Shown here one piece after another: positions 16,281-24,654 of a DNA stretch of 64,000 nucleotides. Position 1 is the first letter of the stretch, and every line of letters starts with the position of its first letter. Position numbers and translations under genes: made by a program. The DNA is from Gemmatimonadales bacterium (GTDB taxonomy: Bacteria; Gemmatimonadota; Gemmatimonadetes; Gemmatimonadales; GWC2-71-9), in NCBI GenBank assembly GCA_044229245.1, contig JBGATI010000002.1, forward strand, positions 261,302 to 325,301, given 5' to 3'. The notes under the pieces were generated by a model, which had not been told where the DNA came from, made no database searches, and worked only from the letters and a program-made list of their open reading frames with translations.

Positions 16281-16526
16281 TCAAAACACCCCCACCCTCC
16301 GCCCCTCCCTCGCCTCCGTCACCGCATACCGCCCGGCCGCCGACCGCTCGACCCGCACCCGAGGGCCCCCCACCTGTAACCCGAACCTGCCATTCGACGA
16401 GTCGGGCTGGATCAGCAGCGCCACCCCGCCCGTTCCGCTGGCGTCGAGCGTCGCATGGGCACCCGGCTCGAGGTCGAACCCCGCCGGCGTCGCCAGGATC
16501 GTGTCCCGGCCGGCGGCGGGCGTCAC
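16281..16526 (-). CDS. short high-GC ORF, possibly a remnant of a host gene at the island edge
   Basis: 81-aa GTG-initiated ORF with protein-like composition (DTILATPAGFDLEPGAHATLDASGTGGVALLIQPD...). A TGA stop lies about 50 nt upstream in frame. No family recognised. Confidence 0.25.
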   Translation of the reverse strand: MTPAAGRDTILATPAGFDLEPGAHATLDASGTGGVALLIQPDSSNGRFGLQVGGPRVRVERSAAGRYAVTEAREGRRVGVF

Positions 16527-17005
16527 CGACCCCGCGATCCGCGCCCCGGCGCCGGCGGTGGTGAGCTTGAACTGGGGGCTTTCGGCACTGTCCGGTCAGG
16601 AAGCAATCCGGTGCTGCTCCCGCAGGACCCGCGCGGAACTCCGACCGGGCCCGACCAGGGTCGCAGTCAGGAGTGCCGCGGAGAAGAGGGAGCATGGCAT
16701 CGGATCCCCCGCCTGCACCCAGCGGCTCCTGGCCATCCCCAACCTGCTAGGCAAGTCGGGACCGCGCCAGTACCGCCATTGAGCCGAGTCAGGCAGACGT
16801 CAGGAACGCCACCCGCGCCCGTCAGCTCGCTCGGCAAATTCTTCCGGCCGCGAGGCCGGATCATATATGATCGCGTCGTCCCGCGGCCTCACACTCCCGC
16901 CCCCGCTGTCACTTTCCACCCCGCACGCACGTCCTATCAGGTGTCCGACACTGTCCACGCGAGTGTCCACCGACTGTCCTCGTGGACACTTTTCGGAGAC
17001 ACTGC

Positions 17006-17420
17006 ACAAGATCGCCGAATCGATTTTCCAGCCCGCCGTTTCGATTTCCAGACCGCCGAAACAACTGTCAGATTCCTGAACAGTCCGTCCAGGCGACCGA
17101 ATCAGTTGTCGAGCCCGCCGAAACATTCTTCCAGCCTCCCGAAACGACTCTCCAGGCCCGCGAAACAGTCGTCGAGATCGGCGAAACATTTCTCCAGACA
17201 GCCGAAACGAATCTCCGGACGACCGAATAGGTTCTCCAGCCCGCCGAAATGAAGTTCTGAGAGACGAATCGAACATCCGGACAGCCGCAGTAAACGTCCC
17301 GTTCGCTGGATGAGATGTCCAGTGCGCCGCACTGGATGTCCAGCGCACTGAACTGGACGTCGAGCTCACCGAACACGACGTCCAGCGCGCCGCGCTGAAC
17401 TCCAACTCTGCCGCCTCACA
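17006..17420. repeat. tandem 21-bp repeat, about 20 units, with three 20-bp units
   Basis: Units such as ccagcctcccgaaacgactct, ccaggcccgcgaaacagtcgt and cgagatcggcgaaacatttct. On the minus strand they read as the heptad F-G-x-L-(E/D)-x-x, and the reading phase changes at each 20-bp unit. Confidence 0.8.
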
Positions 17421-17642
17421 CCCCGATCCAGTCGCCGTCAAAATTCTTGGCGATCGAAATGATTGTCGAGCCGATGGAAGCGCCCGCCTGACACCGACAT
17501 CCCGCATCTGGCACAGAACTTACCGACGGTGCCCCCCGGCCCGTGCTCGGTCGACACGGGACCGCACTTCAACAGCACAGGACTGACGCGGGGTCGAGTT
17601 CTCGACCGGACTCCGCGGCCACGCTCACGAAAGGAGCGTCGT

Positions 17643-18341
17643 ATGACGGATTACATCAGCAGAGTGTTCGACATGGTCCTCCGCGTGCTGGTCTTCCTGC
17701 ACGCGAACCCCCTCGACACGCCCGCGTTCACCGCGAACCTGGCGCTGCTCGAGGCCGGCGCCGCCAGACTGAAGGAGCTGGCCGACATGGAACGGAGCGG
17801 TCACGTCGAGGCGAGTGCCGCCGTGATCGGGAAGAAGGAGGGGAAGGCCAATATCCTCGACGGCCTGAACTTCCTCGGCCGCGTCGCCATGGTCGCCACC
17901 CGAGAAATGCCGGAGATGCCGGTGCGGCTCACGATGCCTAAGCCGAACAGCGGGGCGCAGAAGCTGATCACCGGTTCCCGGGTGGTGGTGACCCAGGCGC
18001 GGGCCCAGCAGGAGCTGCTCACCAAGTACGGGATGACGACCGGGTTCCTGGATGAGCTCACCGTCTCGATCGACCAGTACGAGAAGGCGGTGAACACCAA
18101 GTCCTCCGGCGTCAACACGCACATCGGCGCCGCCGCCGAGATGGAGTCGGTGACCCGCGAAATCACTCGGCTCGTGAAGGTGATCGATGCCGTGCTGCGT
18201 CGGCGCCTGCGGAACGACCCGCAGAAGCGCGCCGCGTGGAAGGCTGCTCGCACGATCGTTCGTCATACGCCGAAGCCGGCGGAGGATCCGGCCGAGACAC
18301 CGACGCCGCCGAAGGCAGGGAGCGAGTCGCCGGCGGCGTGA
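17643..18341 (+). CDS. hypothetical protein
   Basis: ATG preceded by AAAGGAG. 232 aa, helical-looking, with a Pro/Ala-rich tail. The start was trimmed from track ORF 17463..18341. Confidence 0.65.
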   Translation: MTDYISRVFDMVLRVLVFLHANPLDTPAFTANLALLEAGAARLKELADMERSGHVEASAAVIGKKEGKANILDGLNFLGRVAMVATREMPEMPVRLTMPKPNSGAQKLITGSRVVVTQARAQQELLTKYGMTTGFLDELTVSIDQYEKAVNTKSSGVNTHIGAAAEMESVTREITRLVKVIDAVLRRRLRNDPQKRAAWKAARTIVRHTPKPAEDPAETPTPPKAGSESPAA

Positions 18342-18345
18342 TTTT

Positions 18346-18466
18346 AGTACTTAGTGCTTAGTGCTTAGTGCTTAGTGCTTGGTCTCAGGCACTAGGCACT
18401 AGGCACTAAGCACTCATTCGCACCCGGAACCCGGAACCCGGAACCCGGAACTAAGCACTAAGCACT
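18346..18466. repeat. heptanucleotide array H1: (AGTGCTT)n hairpin plus (CCGGAAC)4 plus (TAAGCAC)2
   Basis: agtacttagtgcttagtgcttagtgcttagtgctt GGTCTC aggcactaggcactaggcactaagcact, then cccggaa x4. Lies between two convergent stop codons. Confidence 0.9.
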
Positions 18467-18801
18467 CCATAGGCCAGCACTGCCATGAGGATCCCCAGCA
18501 CGCTCACCATGATGATCGCCGGGGTTTCGCGGTACTTCACATGGACGCCGATGAAGACCAGGCTCTCGAGCGCGAGGACCGCGGCGGCCACGCCGGTCAG
18601 CACCGGCGAGAGGTGGAGGAGTGGCGGGAGAATGAAGCAGGCGACGCAGATGAGCTCGACGACGCCGAGTGCGGTCCAGGCCCGCTTCGGCAGCGCACCG
18701 AAGGAGGGAACGTCGACGCTGACCTTGTCGAACATGAACACTTTCATGATGCCGGACGCGCCGTACACGAGCGTGGCGAGACCCTGCAGGACCCAGAGCA
18801 T
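18451..18801 (-). CDS. DoxX-like family membrane protein
   Basis: 116 aa with four hydrophobic helices and a DoxX-like layout. The last codons GVLSA-TAG lie inside array H1. Confidence 0.75.
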   Translation of the reverse strand: MLWVLQGLATLVYGASGIMKVFMFDKVSVDVPSFGALPKRAWTALGVVELICVACFILPPLLHLSPVLTGVAAAVLALESLVFIGVHVKYRETPAIIMVSVLGILMAVLAYGVLSA

Positions 18802-18818
18802 ATGCGCTCCCTGTGTTG

Positions 18819-18902
18819 AGTACTCAGTACTTAGTACTCAGTACTTAGTACTTAGTGCATAGTGCTTAGTACTCGGAACTCGGAACTCGGTACTCGGAAC
18901 TA
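18819..18902. repeat. heptanucleotide array H2
   Basis: (AGTACTC/AGTACTT/AGTGCTT) x8 followed by (GGAACTC) x4. Confidence 0.9.
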
Positions 18903-19205
18903 TCAAGCTTTTCCCCGCATCTTCGCCGCCCACCAGCGGAGGCCGACGAAGAGGAAGCGCCAGTCGTGGAAGAACTCGGGCGGCTTGCCTTCTACCGCGT
19001 GGCCGATGAACTGCAGCGCCCACCCGGCCACGAACAGCCCCAGCGCCACGGGCCAGAGGCCGTGCACGAATAAGGAGAGAGCGAAAAGGACGAGGGAAAC
19101 GACGATGGTCGGGATGCCAAGGGTGTGGCAGAACCGGTTGAACGGATGCTGATGACTCAGGCCGTACTGGGCGATCCATTCATTCCACGGGCGTCCACCG
19201 AGCAT
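18903..19205 (-). CDS. DUF962 (Mpo1-like) membrane protein
   Basis: HPFNRFCHTLGIP ... FIGHAVEGKPPEFF is typical of DUF962. Start trimmed to ATG 19205, which is preceded by AGGGAG. Confidence 0.8.
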   Translation of the reverse strand: MLGGRPWNEWIAQYGLSHQHPFNRFCHTLGIPTIVVSLVLFALSLFVHGLWPVALGLFVAGWALQFIGHAVEGKPPEFFHDWRFLFVGLRWWAAKMRGKA

Positions 19206-19222
19206 AGGCGCTCCCTGTGTTG

Positions 19223-19299
19223 AGTGCTTAGTACTAAGTACTAAGTACTTAGTGCATAGTGCGCAGTACTCGGAACTCGGAACCCGGAACTCTGAACTA
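19223..19299. repeat. heptanucleotide array H3
   Basis: (AGTGCTT/AGTACTA/AGTACTT/AGTGCAT...) x7 followed by (GGAACTC/GGAACCC) x3-4. Its terminal GAACTA supplies the TAG stop of the next gene. Confidence 0.9.
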
Positions 19300-19929
19300 T
19301 TGGTCGCTCCACCGAAACGTCCGCCCGACGGCCCGCAGCCGCCCGAGCAGCGTGGTGTTCTCGCGGTCTCGGCTGTCGACCGAATACTCGATGACGGCGA
19401 TCCGTCCCCTGCTCCCCGCCACCAGCGCCTCGGAGCTGCAGCCCTCGCAGTGGAGCGCCAGGCGGAGGGCGGTGTCCGAACCAAGGAGCACCGAAGGCAA
19501 CTCGGTCGGCCGGGGATCGAAGCTGCTCGGATTCACCGGCGCATCCATCCGGAAGTGGTCGCGCATCCACTGCTTGAGGCCCAGCCGGCGCGCGTCCTGG
19601 AAGGTGGTGACCGTCACGGCGCACGGCCACGAGCACTCCGGCAGGTCGGTGACCCGGAACTTCCGGTTGGCGGGACGATCGGGGTCCCGCCAGCGGGCGT
19701 CGGCCACGGCGGGGACAGTGAGCGTGAACCCGCCGCCATCGGCGATCTGGGTCGAGTCCCACGAGCCGGGATGCGGGAGCCCGAAGCCGGGCGTGGCCTG
19801 ATGATCGGCGGGAACCATCGAGGCCATGGCGGTCTCGTCGGTCGAGTCGGCATCGGCCGACGCCGGCGGCGAATCGCCCTGGTGACAGGCCGAGAGCAGG
19901 ACGAGCAGCAGTAACGGATGGTGGCGCAT
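19297..19929 (-). CDS. lipoprotein, unknown function
   Basis: MRHHPLLLLVLLSAC lipobox; 210 aa; no family recognised. Confidence 0.6.
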   Translation of the reverse strand: MRHHPLLLLVLLSACHQGDSPPASADADSTDETAMASMVPADHQATPGFGLPHPGSWDSTQIADGGGFTLTVPAVADARWRDPDRPANRKFRVTDLPECSWPCAVTVTTFQDARRLGLKQWMRDHFRMDAPVNPSSFDPRPTELPSVLLGSDTALRLALHCEGCSSEALVAGSRGRIAVIEYSVDSRDRENTTLLGRLRAVGRTFRWSDQ

Positions 19930-20013
19930 GGGTCCCTGGGCGGGCCGACGGACGGGGATAACCTGCGGGCCGCAACGGAGGAACGCCAGTGCCCGCGGGA
20001 GCCCGCGCGGGAG

Positions 20014-20140
20014 CGCTCGGCTGAGGCCAGTAAACTGGCCCGGTCCATTCCTTAGCGTCGCTTCAGCGACATCAGCCGAGCCGTCGCTTCAGCGACGAGC
20101 TCGGACGGGGTGAGGCCGCGTTCAATCGCGGCCCCCACAT
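20014..20140 (+). repeat. multi-hairpin repeat S1
   Basis: GCTCGGCTGAGGCCAGTAAACTGGCCC..GTCGCTTCAGCGACATCAGCCGAGCCGTCGCTTCAGCGACGAGCTCGG..GGCCGCGTTCAATCGCGGCC. One of three copies. Confidence 0.85.
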
Positions 20141-20226
20141 TCGAACCTCGGAACTCGAAACCCGAAACCCGGAACCCGGAACTAAGCACCAAGTACTAAG
20201 TACTAAGTACTAAGTACTAAGTACTA
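20141..20226. repeat. heptanucleotide array H4
   Basis: (CGGAACC-type) x5-6 followed by (TAAGTAC) x6. Confidence 0.9.
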
Positions 20227-20716
20227 TCTCAAACAACGTCTCCCACGCCGATGTTCCGATCTGTTCGATCAGCGCGAGCCGAGTCAGCGTCATCGTGATC
20301 GGGGTGTTGAGCGACGCCCAGGTGGACGGCAGGTTCTCCGGTGCGCGGGGATTCCGTGGGTGGGCCAGGGTGATGTGGGGACGGTGGGCGCGGATCGTGT
20401 CGGTGCCGAGGAGTGCCACGCGGAGCCGCTGGAACTCCGGCTGGCCGGCGGTGCAGGGGAGGAGCACGCCGTGGCCGTCGAACTGCTCCGGTGCGCCGAA
20501 GGTCAGGGTGATCGGCGCGGGCCGAGCCTCGCGGCAGCGCCCCTCGAGTTCATCCACCGAGTACGCCGCCAGCTCGTCCTCGCGGCAGAGCGTGACGTGG
20601 GCGGGGATGAGCCGGTGCTGCACCGGATCGAGCCGCGTCCGGATCGCCTCGAGCGTGGCGCGGGCCGGGTCGGAGACGAAGAGGGTGAACTGGCGGCGCA
20701 GCCGAGCCTCACTCAC
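20210..20716 (-). CDS. 2H phosphoesterase superfamily (LigT / 2'-5' RNA ligase-like)
   Basis: Two H-x-T-x motifs (PAHVTL and PHITLA). The last codons IVLST-TAG lie inside array H4. Confidence 0.75.
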   Translation of the reverse strand: MSEARLRRQFTLFVSDPARATLEAIRTRLDPVQHRLIPAHVTLCREDELAAYSVDELEGRCREARPAPITLTFGAPEQFDGHGVLLPCTAGQPEFQRLRVALLGTDTIRAHRPHITLAHPRNPRAPENLPSTWASLNTPITMTLTRLALIEQIGTSAWETLFEIVLST

Positions 20717-21215
20717 GACCGGCCTCCGGTGCGTTGGGCAGGTAGCGGCGCCATTCGTCCGACTCCAGCGCGGCCTTGAGCAGCTCCGCGCGGCGGGCGA
20801 TGAAGCGTCGCATGTACGCCGTCAGGAATGTCACTTCGGCCGCGCGACCGAGCAGGCCGTACGGCGCCACGAAGCTGAAGAGATCGGTGACGACGGTCCG
20901 GTCAGCATGCTGGCGAGATGGTTTGAAGAAGTGATCGTGGTCGAAGCGCTCGAAGGCGCCGCGCACCTGGGAGTCGCGGAAATGCTCGGAGGGCGACCAC
21001 GCGGTGATCTCGCTGGTCAGCTCCTGCCAGACGCCGAGATGCCGCGCCCGCCAGGTGACCTGGTCGCCCAGTGTGAGCAGCCCGGTCCGGACGCCGCCGA
21101 CGACGGATTCTCCGGTGCCCGGGGTCGAGGCGAGGTGGAAGTCCACGCTCCGGGCAAGATCGAAGCAGCGCTCCAGCGGCGCCGCGATCTCGAGTTCTAT
21201 GCGGATGACGGGCAC
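20709..21215 (-). CDS. SRPBCC (START/polyketide-cyclase-like) domain protein
   Basis: The IELEIAAPLERCFDL... layout is typical of SRPBCC. Overlaps the downstream 2H gene by 8 nt. Confidence 0.7.
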   Translation of the reverse strand: MPVIRIELEIAAPLERCFDLARSVDFHLASTPGTGESVVGGVRTGLLTLGDQVTWRARHLGVWQELTSEITAWSPSEHFRDSQVRGAFERFDHDHFFKPSRQHADRTVVTDLFSFVAPYGLLGRAAEVTFLTAYMRRFIARRAELLKAALESDEWRRYLPNAPEAGRE

Positions 21216-21238
21216 GGGTGACTAACGCCGCGAGGAGG

Positions 21239-21487
21239 TCATCGGTTCCGCTGCCGCAGCTTCGCCAGCGTCGCCTTGAGATAGCGCCGATACCCCGCCG
21301 GGCTCATCCATCCCTTCGGCGCAGGAACTCGGCGCAGTCGCCGGGGCGCAAACTCGACGAACTGATCGCTCGACCCGGAAACTCTCCGCACCCGCACCCG
21401 CCAGCGCGCGGCGATCCGGGCCCGGATCCGGCCGATGCGGCCATCCGGGAGCCGCACGCAATCGCCAACGGCGAGCCTCGTGGTCAT
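21239..21487 (-). CDS. small basic hypothetical protein (82 aa)
   Basis: MTTRLAVGDCVRLPDGRIGRIRA.... Trimmed from track ORF 21239..21778, which otherwise runs through repeats S2 and H5. Confidence 0.4.
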   Translation of the reverse strand: MTTRLAVGDCVRLPDGRIGRIRARIAARWRVRVRRVSGSSDQFVEFAPRRLRRVPAPKGWMSPAGYRRYLKATLAKLRQRNR

Positions 21488-21532
21488 CGTCTCCCCGCGG
21501 AAGGGCGGACAGGCGGACGGGCGGACAGGCGG

Positions 21533-21675
21533 ATCGCGGCTAAAACCGCGGCTCGGCTGAGGCCAGTGAACTGGCCCTGCCATTCCCGACCGTCGCTTTA
21601 GCGACATCAGCCGAGCCGTCGCTTTAGCGACGAGCTCGGACGGCGTGAGGCCGCGATGAATCGCGGTCCCACATT
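21533..21675 (+). repeat. multi-hairpin repeat S2
   Basis: CGCGGCTAAAACCGCG, then the same core as S1 with GGCCAGTGAACTGGCC and GTCGCTTTAGCGAC x2, then CCGCGATGAATCGCGG. Confidence 0.85.
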
Positions 21676-21746
21676 CGGAACCCGGAACCCGGAACCCGGA
21701 ACCCAAAACCCGGAACTCGGAACCCGGAACCCGGAACCCGGAACTA
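21676..21746. repeat. heptanucleotide array H5
   Basis: (CGGAACC) x10 with two variant units. The terminal GGAACTA supplies the TAG stop of the upstream gene. Confidence 0.9.
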
Positions 21747-22190
21747 CCCCGGAATCTCCGCGTGCACCAATTGCGCAAGAAGGGTGAGCGACTCCTGCCA
21801 CCCGAGATAGCATCCCTCGGGCGGAATCGCCTCGGGGATCCCCTCCTGCACGATGCTGATGTCGGTGCCGACGGACACCGGTTTCAGGTCGATCGTCGTC
21901 TGCATGACGCCGGGCAGGTTGGGATCGTCGAAGCGGTCGGTGTGGCGGATCCGCTGGTTGGGCACCAGCTCCACGAACTCGCCGCCGAAGGAGTGGCCGT
22001 TGCCGGAGCTGAAGTTGGTGAAGGTCATGCGGTAGGTGCCGCCGACCCGGGGCTCGAGATGATGCACTCTGCAGGTGAAACCATGCGGCGGCAGCCACTT
22101 GGCCAGCGCGTCCGCATCGAGAAACGCACGATAGACACGCTCGGCCGGGGCGCTGAGGACTCGATGGAGCCGGACGGTACCTGTCGACAT
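21744..22190 (-). CDS. SRPBCC / AHSA1 (Aha1-like) domain protein
   Basis: RVLSAPAERVYRAFLDADALAKWLPP ... GWQESL is typical of AHSA1. Start trimmed to ATG 22190, after GAAGGAAGG. Confidence 0.8.
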   Translation of the reverse strand: MSTGTVRLHRVLSAPAERVYRAFLDADALAKWLPPHGFTCRVHHLEPRVGGTYRMTFTNFSSGNGHSFGGEFVELVPNQRIRHTDRFDDPNLPGVMQTTIDLKPVSVGTDISIVQEGIPEAIPPEGCYLGWQESLTLLAQLVHAEIPG

Positions 22191-22204
22191 GGAGGGCCTT
22201 CCTT

Positions 22205-22282
22205 CTGAACTCGGAACTCGGAACTCGGAACTATGCACTAAGTACTAAGTACTAAGTACTAAGTACTAAGTACTAAGTACTT
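22205..22282. repeat. heptanucleotide array H6
   Basis: (GGAACTC) x3-4 followed by (TAAGTAC) x7. Abuts the TAA stop of the next gene. Confidence 0.9.
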
Positions 22283-23436
22283 TATCGCTTGATCCAGCTC
22301 CCACTCTGTCGCCCGACCAGTTCAACAAGATTCCCCATCACCACTTCCATATCGACCAGATGCAGCCCGAGCGGCTCCGCCAGGTCGCCCTGGATGTCGC
22401 GGCTCGCGGGACTGCCGGGGCCGCGGTCGACCGTGATCTCGAGGTAGGTCGCAAAGGCGTTGGTGGCGCACTTCCCCTTCAGCATGCCGGCGACGCGCAC
22501 CATCGGCGTCGCGATCGGTTTGCCGCCGACGGTCCACGGCTCGGTCGGTCCCCACGGCAGCGCCGTCGCGCCGGTCGCGTCGAAGTAGCCGCTGAGCGGC
22601 GCCTCACCGCCGCCGAGTGAGGCGGGATTGGTGCAGGCGGCGACGAGGGTCGAGTCGGCCGAGCGGCCGAAGACGGAGGTCGCCGACGGCGGCGCGGTGC
22701 TCCGGAAGGCGGAATAGGTCACGATACAGCCGGTCTGGGTCGCGGCGCGGCAGAGCGGCATCCGCTTGAAGGTGCCGCCGACATCCTTGCCGCGCGGCAC
22801 CTGGATGCCGCCCGGGATGCCGATGATGTACGCGGCGACGATGCGCGACGCGACCGGCGTGCCCTCGATCTCGCGCTGGATGAGCGCGGTGAGCAGGACG
22901 CTGCCCTGCGAATGCCCGATCAGGACCACCCCGCGCCCGCCGTTGTCGTGCGACAGATAGTAGCGCCACGCGGCGCGGACATCGTCGTAGCCGGGTCCCA
23001 GGAAATCGGGCGACGTGACGCCGGCGGCGTTGAGCCGGCCCATCTCGGCGAGGGTGAGCTGCCGGTAGATCGGCGCGAAGAGCCGGCACTTCGTCCCGAA
23101 CCGCGCGAGCTGCAGCCGCACCACCGCCCGCTCGGCGTCATCCGCGACGAGATCGCTGTACGTCGTCGTGTCGGTGGACACCGTGGGATAGACGTAGAAG
23201 CAGTCGACCGGCGCCTTCGGATCGAGCGGCGCCTTCTCGACGGTGACGCCGCCGCCCGGACTCAGCACCGTGGTGGAGAGATCGACGTCGCACGCGCCGA
23301 GGTGGTCGGGGCGGCAGAGCCAGGTGGCGGGGCTGGCGTAGTCCGGCGCCGGCGGAATGGCGCCGGTCTGCGCGGAGGCACCCGTCGCCGCGATCGAGAG
23401 CGCCAGGATGATGAGGCGGGGCAGTCGGGTCTGCAT
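22282..23436 (-). CDS. secreted alpha/beta hydrolase (DUF3089-like)
   Basis: Signal peptide MQTRLPRLIILALSIAATGASA. VLIGHSQGS nucleophile elbow. Start trimmed from a 528-aa track ORF, and it overlaps the upstream stop (TGATG). Confidence 0.75.
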   Translation of the reverse strand: MQTRLPRLIILALSIAATGASAQTGAIPPAPDYASPATWLCRPDHLGACDVDLSTTVLSPGGGVTVEKAPLDPKAPVDCFYVYPTVSTDTTTYSDLVADDAERAVVRLQLARFGTKCRLFAPIYRQLTLAEMGRLNAAGVTSPDFLGPGYDDVRAAWRYYLSHDNGGRGVVLIGHSQGSVLLTALIQREIEGTPVASRIVAAYIIGIPGGIQVPRGKDVGGTFKRMPLCRAATQTGCIVTYSAFRSTAPPSATSVFGRSADSTLVAACTNPASLGGGEAPLSGYFDATGATALPWGPTEPWTVGGKPIATPMVRVAGMLKGKCATNAFATYLEITVDRGPGSPASRDIQGDLAEPLGLHLVDMEVVMGNLVELVGRQSGSWIKR

Positions 23437-23840
23437 CAGTACTTCACCTTCGCGATCTCCTCGTTCGGGGTGAAGTTGTCCCCGAAGTCCTCGATGTCCA
23501 TCAGCTTCCGGATCTCGACCACCGTCTCGCCGTTCGGCGAAAGGTTCGGCGCCCGCTTCACCCATTCGATCGCCTCGGCCAGCGACTTCACCTGGATGAT
23601 CGAGAAGCCGGCGATGACTTCCTTCGTCTCGGTGAACGGCCCATCGAGGACGGTGCGCTGGTCGCCGCTGAACTTGACCCGCGCCCCCTTCGCCGTCGGC
23701 GAGAGCCCCTCGGCCGCGAGCAGGATGCCGGCCTTCACCAGGTCCTCGTGGTACTGCTGCATCGCGGCCATCGCTTCGGCGGTCGGCGGCACCCCCGCCT
23801 CGGACTCCTGGGTGGCCTTCCCGATGATCATGAATCGCAT
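23436..23840 (-). CDS. YciI-like (DGPF) family protein
   Basis: MRFMIIGKAT... VLDGPFTETKEVIAGFSIIQVKSLAEAIEW is typical of the YciI fold. AGGAG lies before the ATG. Confidence 0.8.
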   Translation of the reverse strand: MRFMIIGKATQESEAGVPPTAEAMAAMQQYHEDLVKAGILLAAEGLSPTAKGARVKFSGDQRTVLDGPFTETKEVIAGFSIIQVKSLAEAIEWVKRAPNLSPNGETVVEIRKLMDIEDFGDNFTPNEEIAKVKY

Positions 23841-23997
23841 GCTGCTCTCCTGGCTCAGGTCCGTGCATGGCGCCGCGCCGGTCGCGGGCTCTGAGACACG
23901 ACGAACGGGACCGGGCAAAATCGACAACGACTGCGAGGGAGCCCTAAACAGTCGCAGGCCAAGAACTTAGCGCTATTCCCCCGGGAGAACAGCGATC

Positions 23998-24065
23998 AGG
24001 CACCAGGCACTAATCACCCGGAACCCGGAACCCGGAACCCGGACCCGGAACTAAGTACTCAGCAC
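23998..24065. repeat. heptanucleotide array H7
   Basis: (AGGCACC/AGGCACT) then (CGGAACC) x4-5 then TAAGTACT. Confidence 0.85.
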
Positions 24066-24632
24066 CGCGTCGAAATAGTGATTCTCCCCCTCATCCTCAT
24101 ACTCCGCCACCAGCCGAAGCCCCGCCGCCTCGAGGGCCGCGACATACCCGTCCCGCCCGAGTGAGTACGACGGCCGCCGAGTGAGCACGTCGACCCATTC
24201 CACCTGCTGCGAAGGCGCGGTGAAGAGCAGCCGGCCGCCGGGACGAAGCGCCGCGCCCAGCCGCGCAATGACCGCCGGCTGCGATTCGGCAGACAGGAGG
24301 AAGAGGAGTCCCCACGCCACGACGCCGTCGAACTGGCGCGCAAAGCAGCCGCTGGTCTCGATCGGCTCCGCCAGGGCGGGGACCCCGGGGAAGTTCTGCC
24401 GGAAGAGCTCGATCATCGCCGGTGAGGCGTCGAGGGCGTGCAGCCGGCACCCCGCCTCCACGAGCGCGCGCGAGATCGGGATCCCCGTCCCGCAGGCGAC
24501 GTCCAGCACCGCCGCGCCTGACGGAAGCCCCTCGGCCCACCGCTTCACCGTCGCGGCGCCGATCGTCGAGCCGTTCCTGCGCCGGGCGAATTCGGCGGCG
24601 ACCACGTCGTATCCGTTCGCGATATCAGCCAC
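24051..24632 (-). CDS. class I SAM-dependent methyltransferase
   Basis: Motif I VLDVACGTGIP. 193 aa. The last codons AVLST-TAG lie in array H7. Confidence 0.85.
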   Translation of the reverse strand: MADIANGYDVVAAEFARRRNGSTIGAATVKRWAEGLPSGAAVLDVACGTGIPISRALVEAGCRLHALDASPAMIELFRQNFPGVPALAEPIETSGCFARQFDGVVAWGLLFLLSAESQPAVIARLGAALRPGGRLLFTAPSQQVEWVDVLTRRPSYSLGRDGYVAALEAAGLRLVAEYEDEGENHYFDAVLST

Positions 24633-24654
24633 TCGATCCTCGGAACCCGATGGG

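Noticed and set aside
16455-17376. Several ORFs inside the 21-bp repeat in both orientations (16455..17252+, 16982..17230+, 17068..17376-, 17102..17332-).
   Set aside because: All are by-products of the periodic low-complexity sequence. None spans the array in a consistent repeat phase. The region is reported as a repeat or possible pseudogene instead.
16225-17640. Searched the region upstream of the first cassette for an integron integrase or other recombinase (ORFs 16225..16695, 16455..17252, 16267..16782).
   Set aside because: No ORF shows tyrosine-recombinase motifs (R..HxxR..Y) or plausible composition. The region is taken up by a short remnant ORF and the 21-bp repeat.
20128-20150. tRNA-like string ACATTCGAACC (also ACATTCGGAACC at 21670), and a general scan for tRNA T-arm motifs.
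   Set aside because: There is no acceptor or anticodon arm context. The string is the junction between the S element and the heptamer tract. I found no tRNA or rRNA genes in the window.
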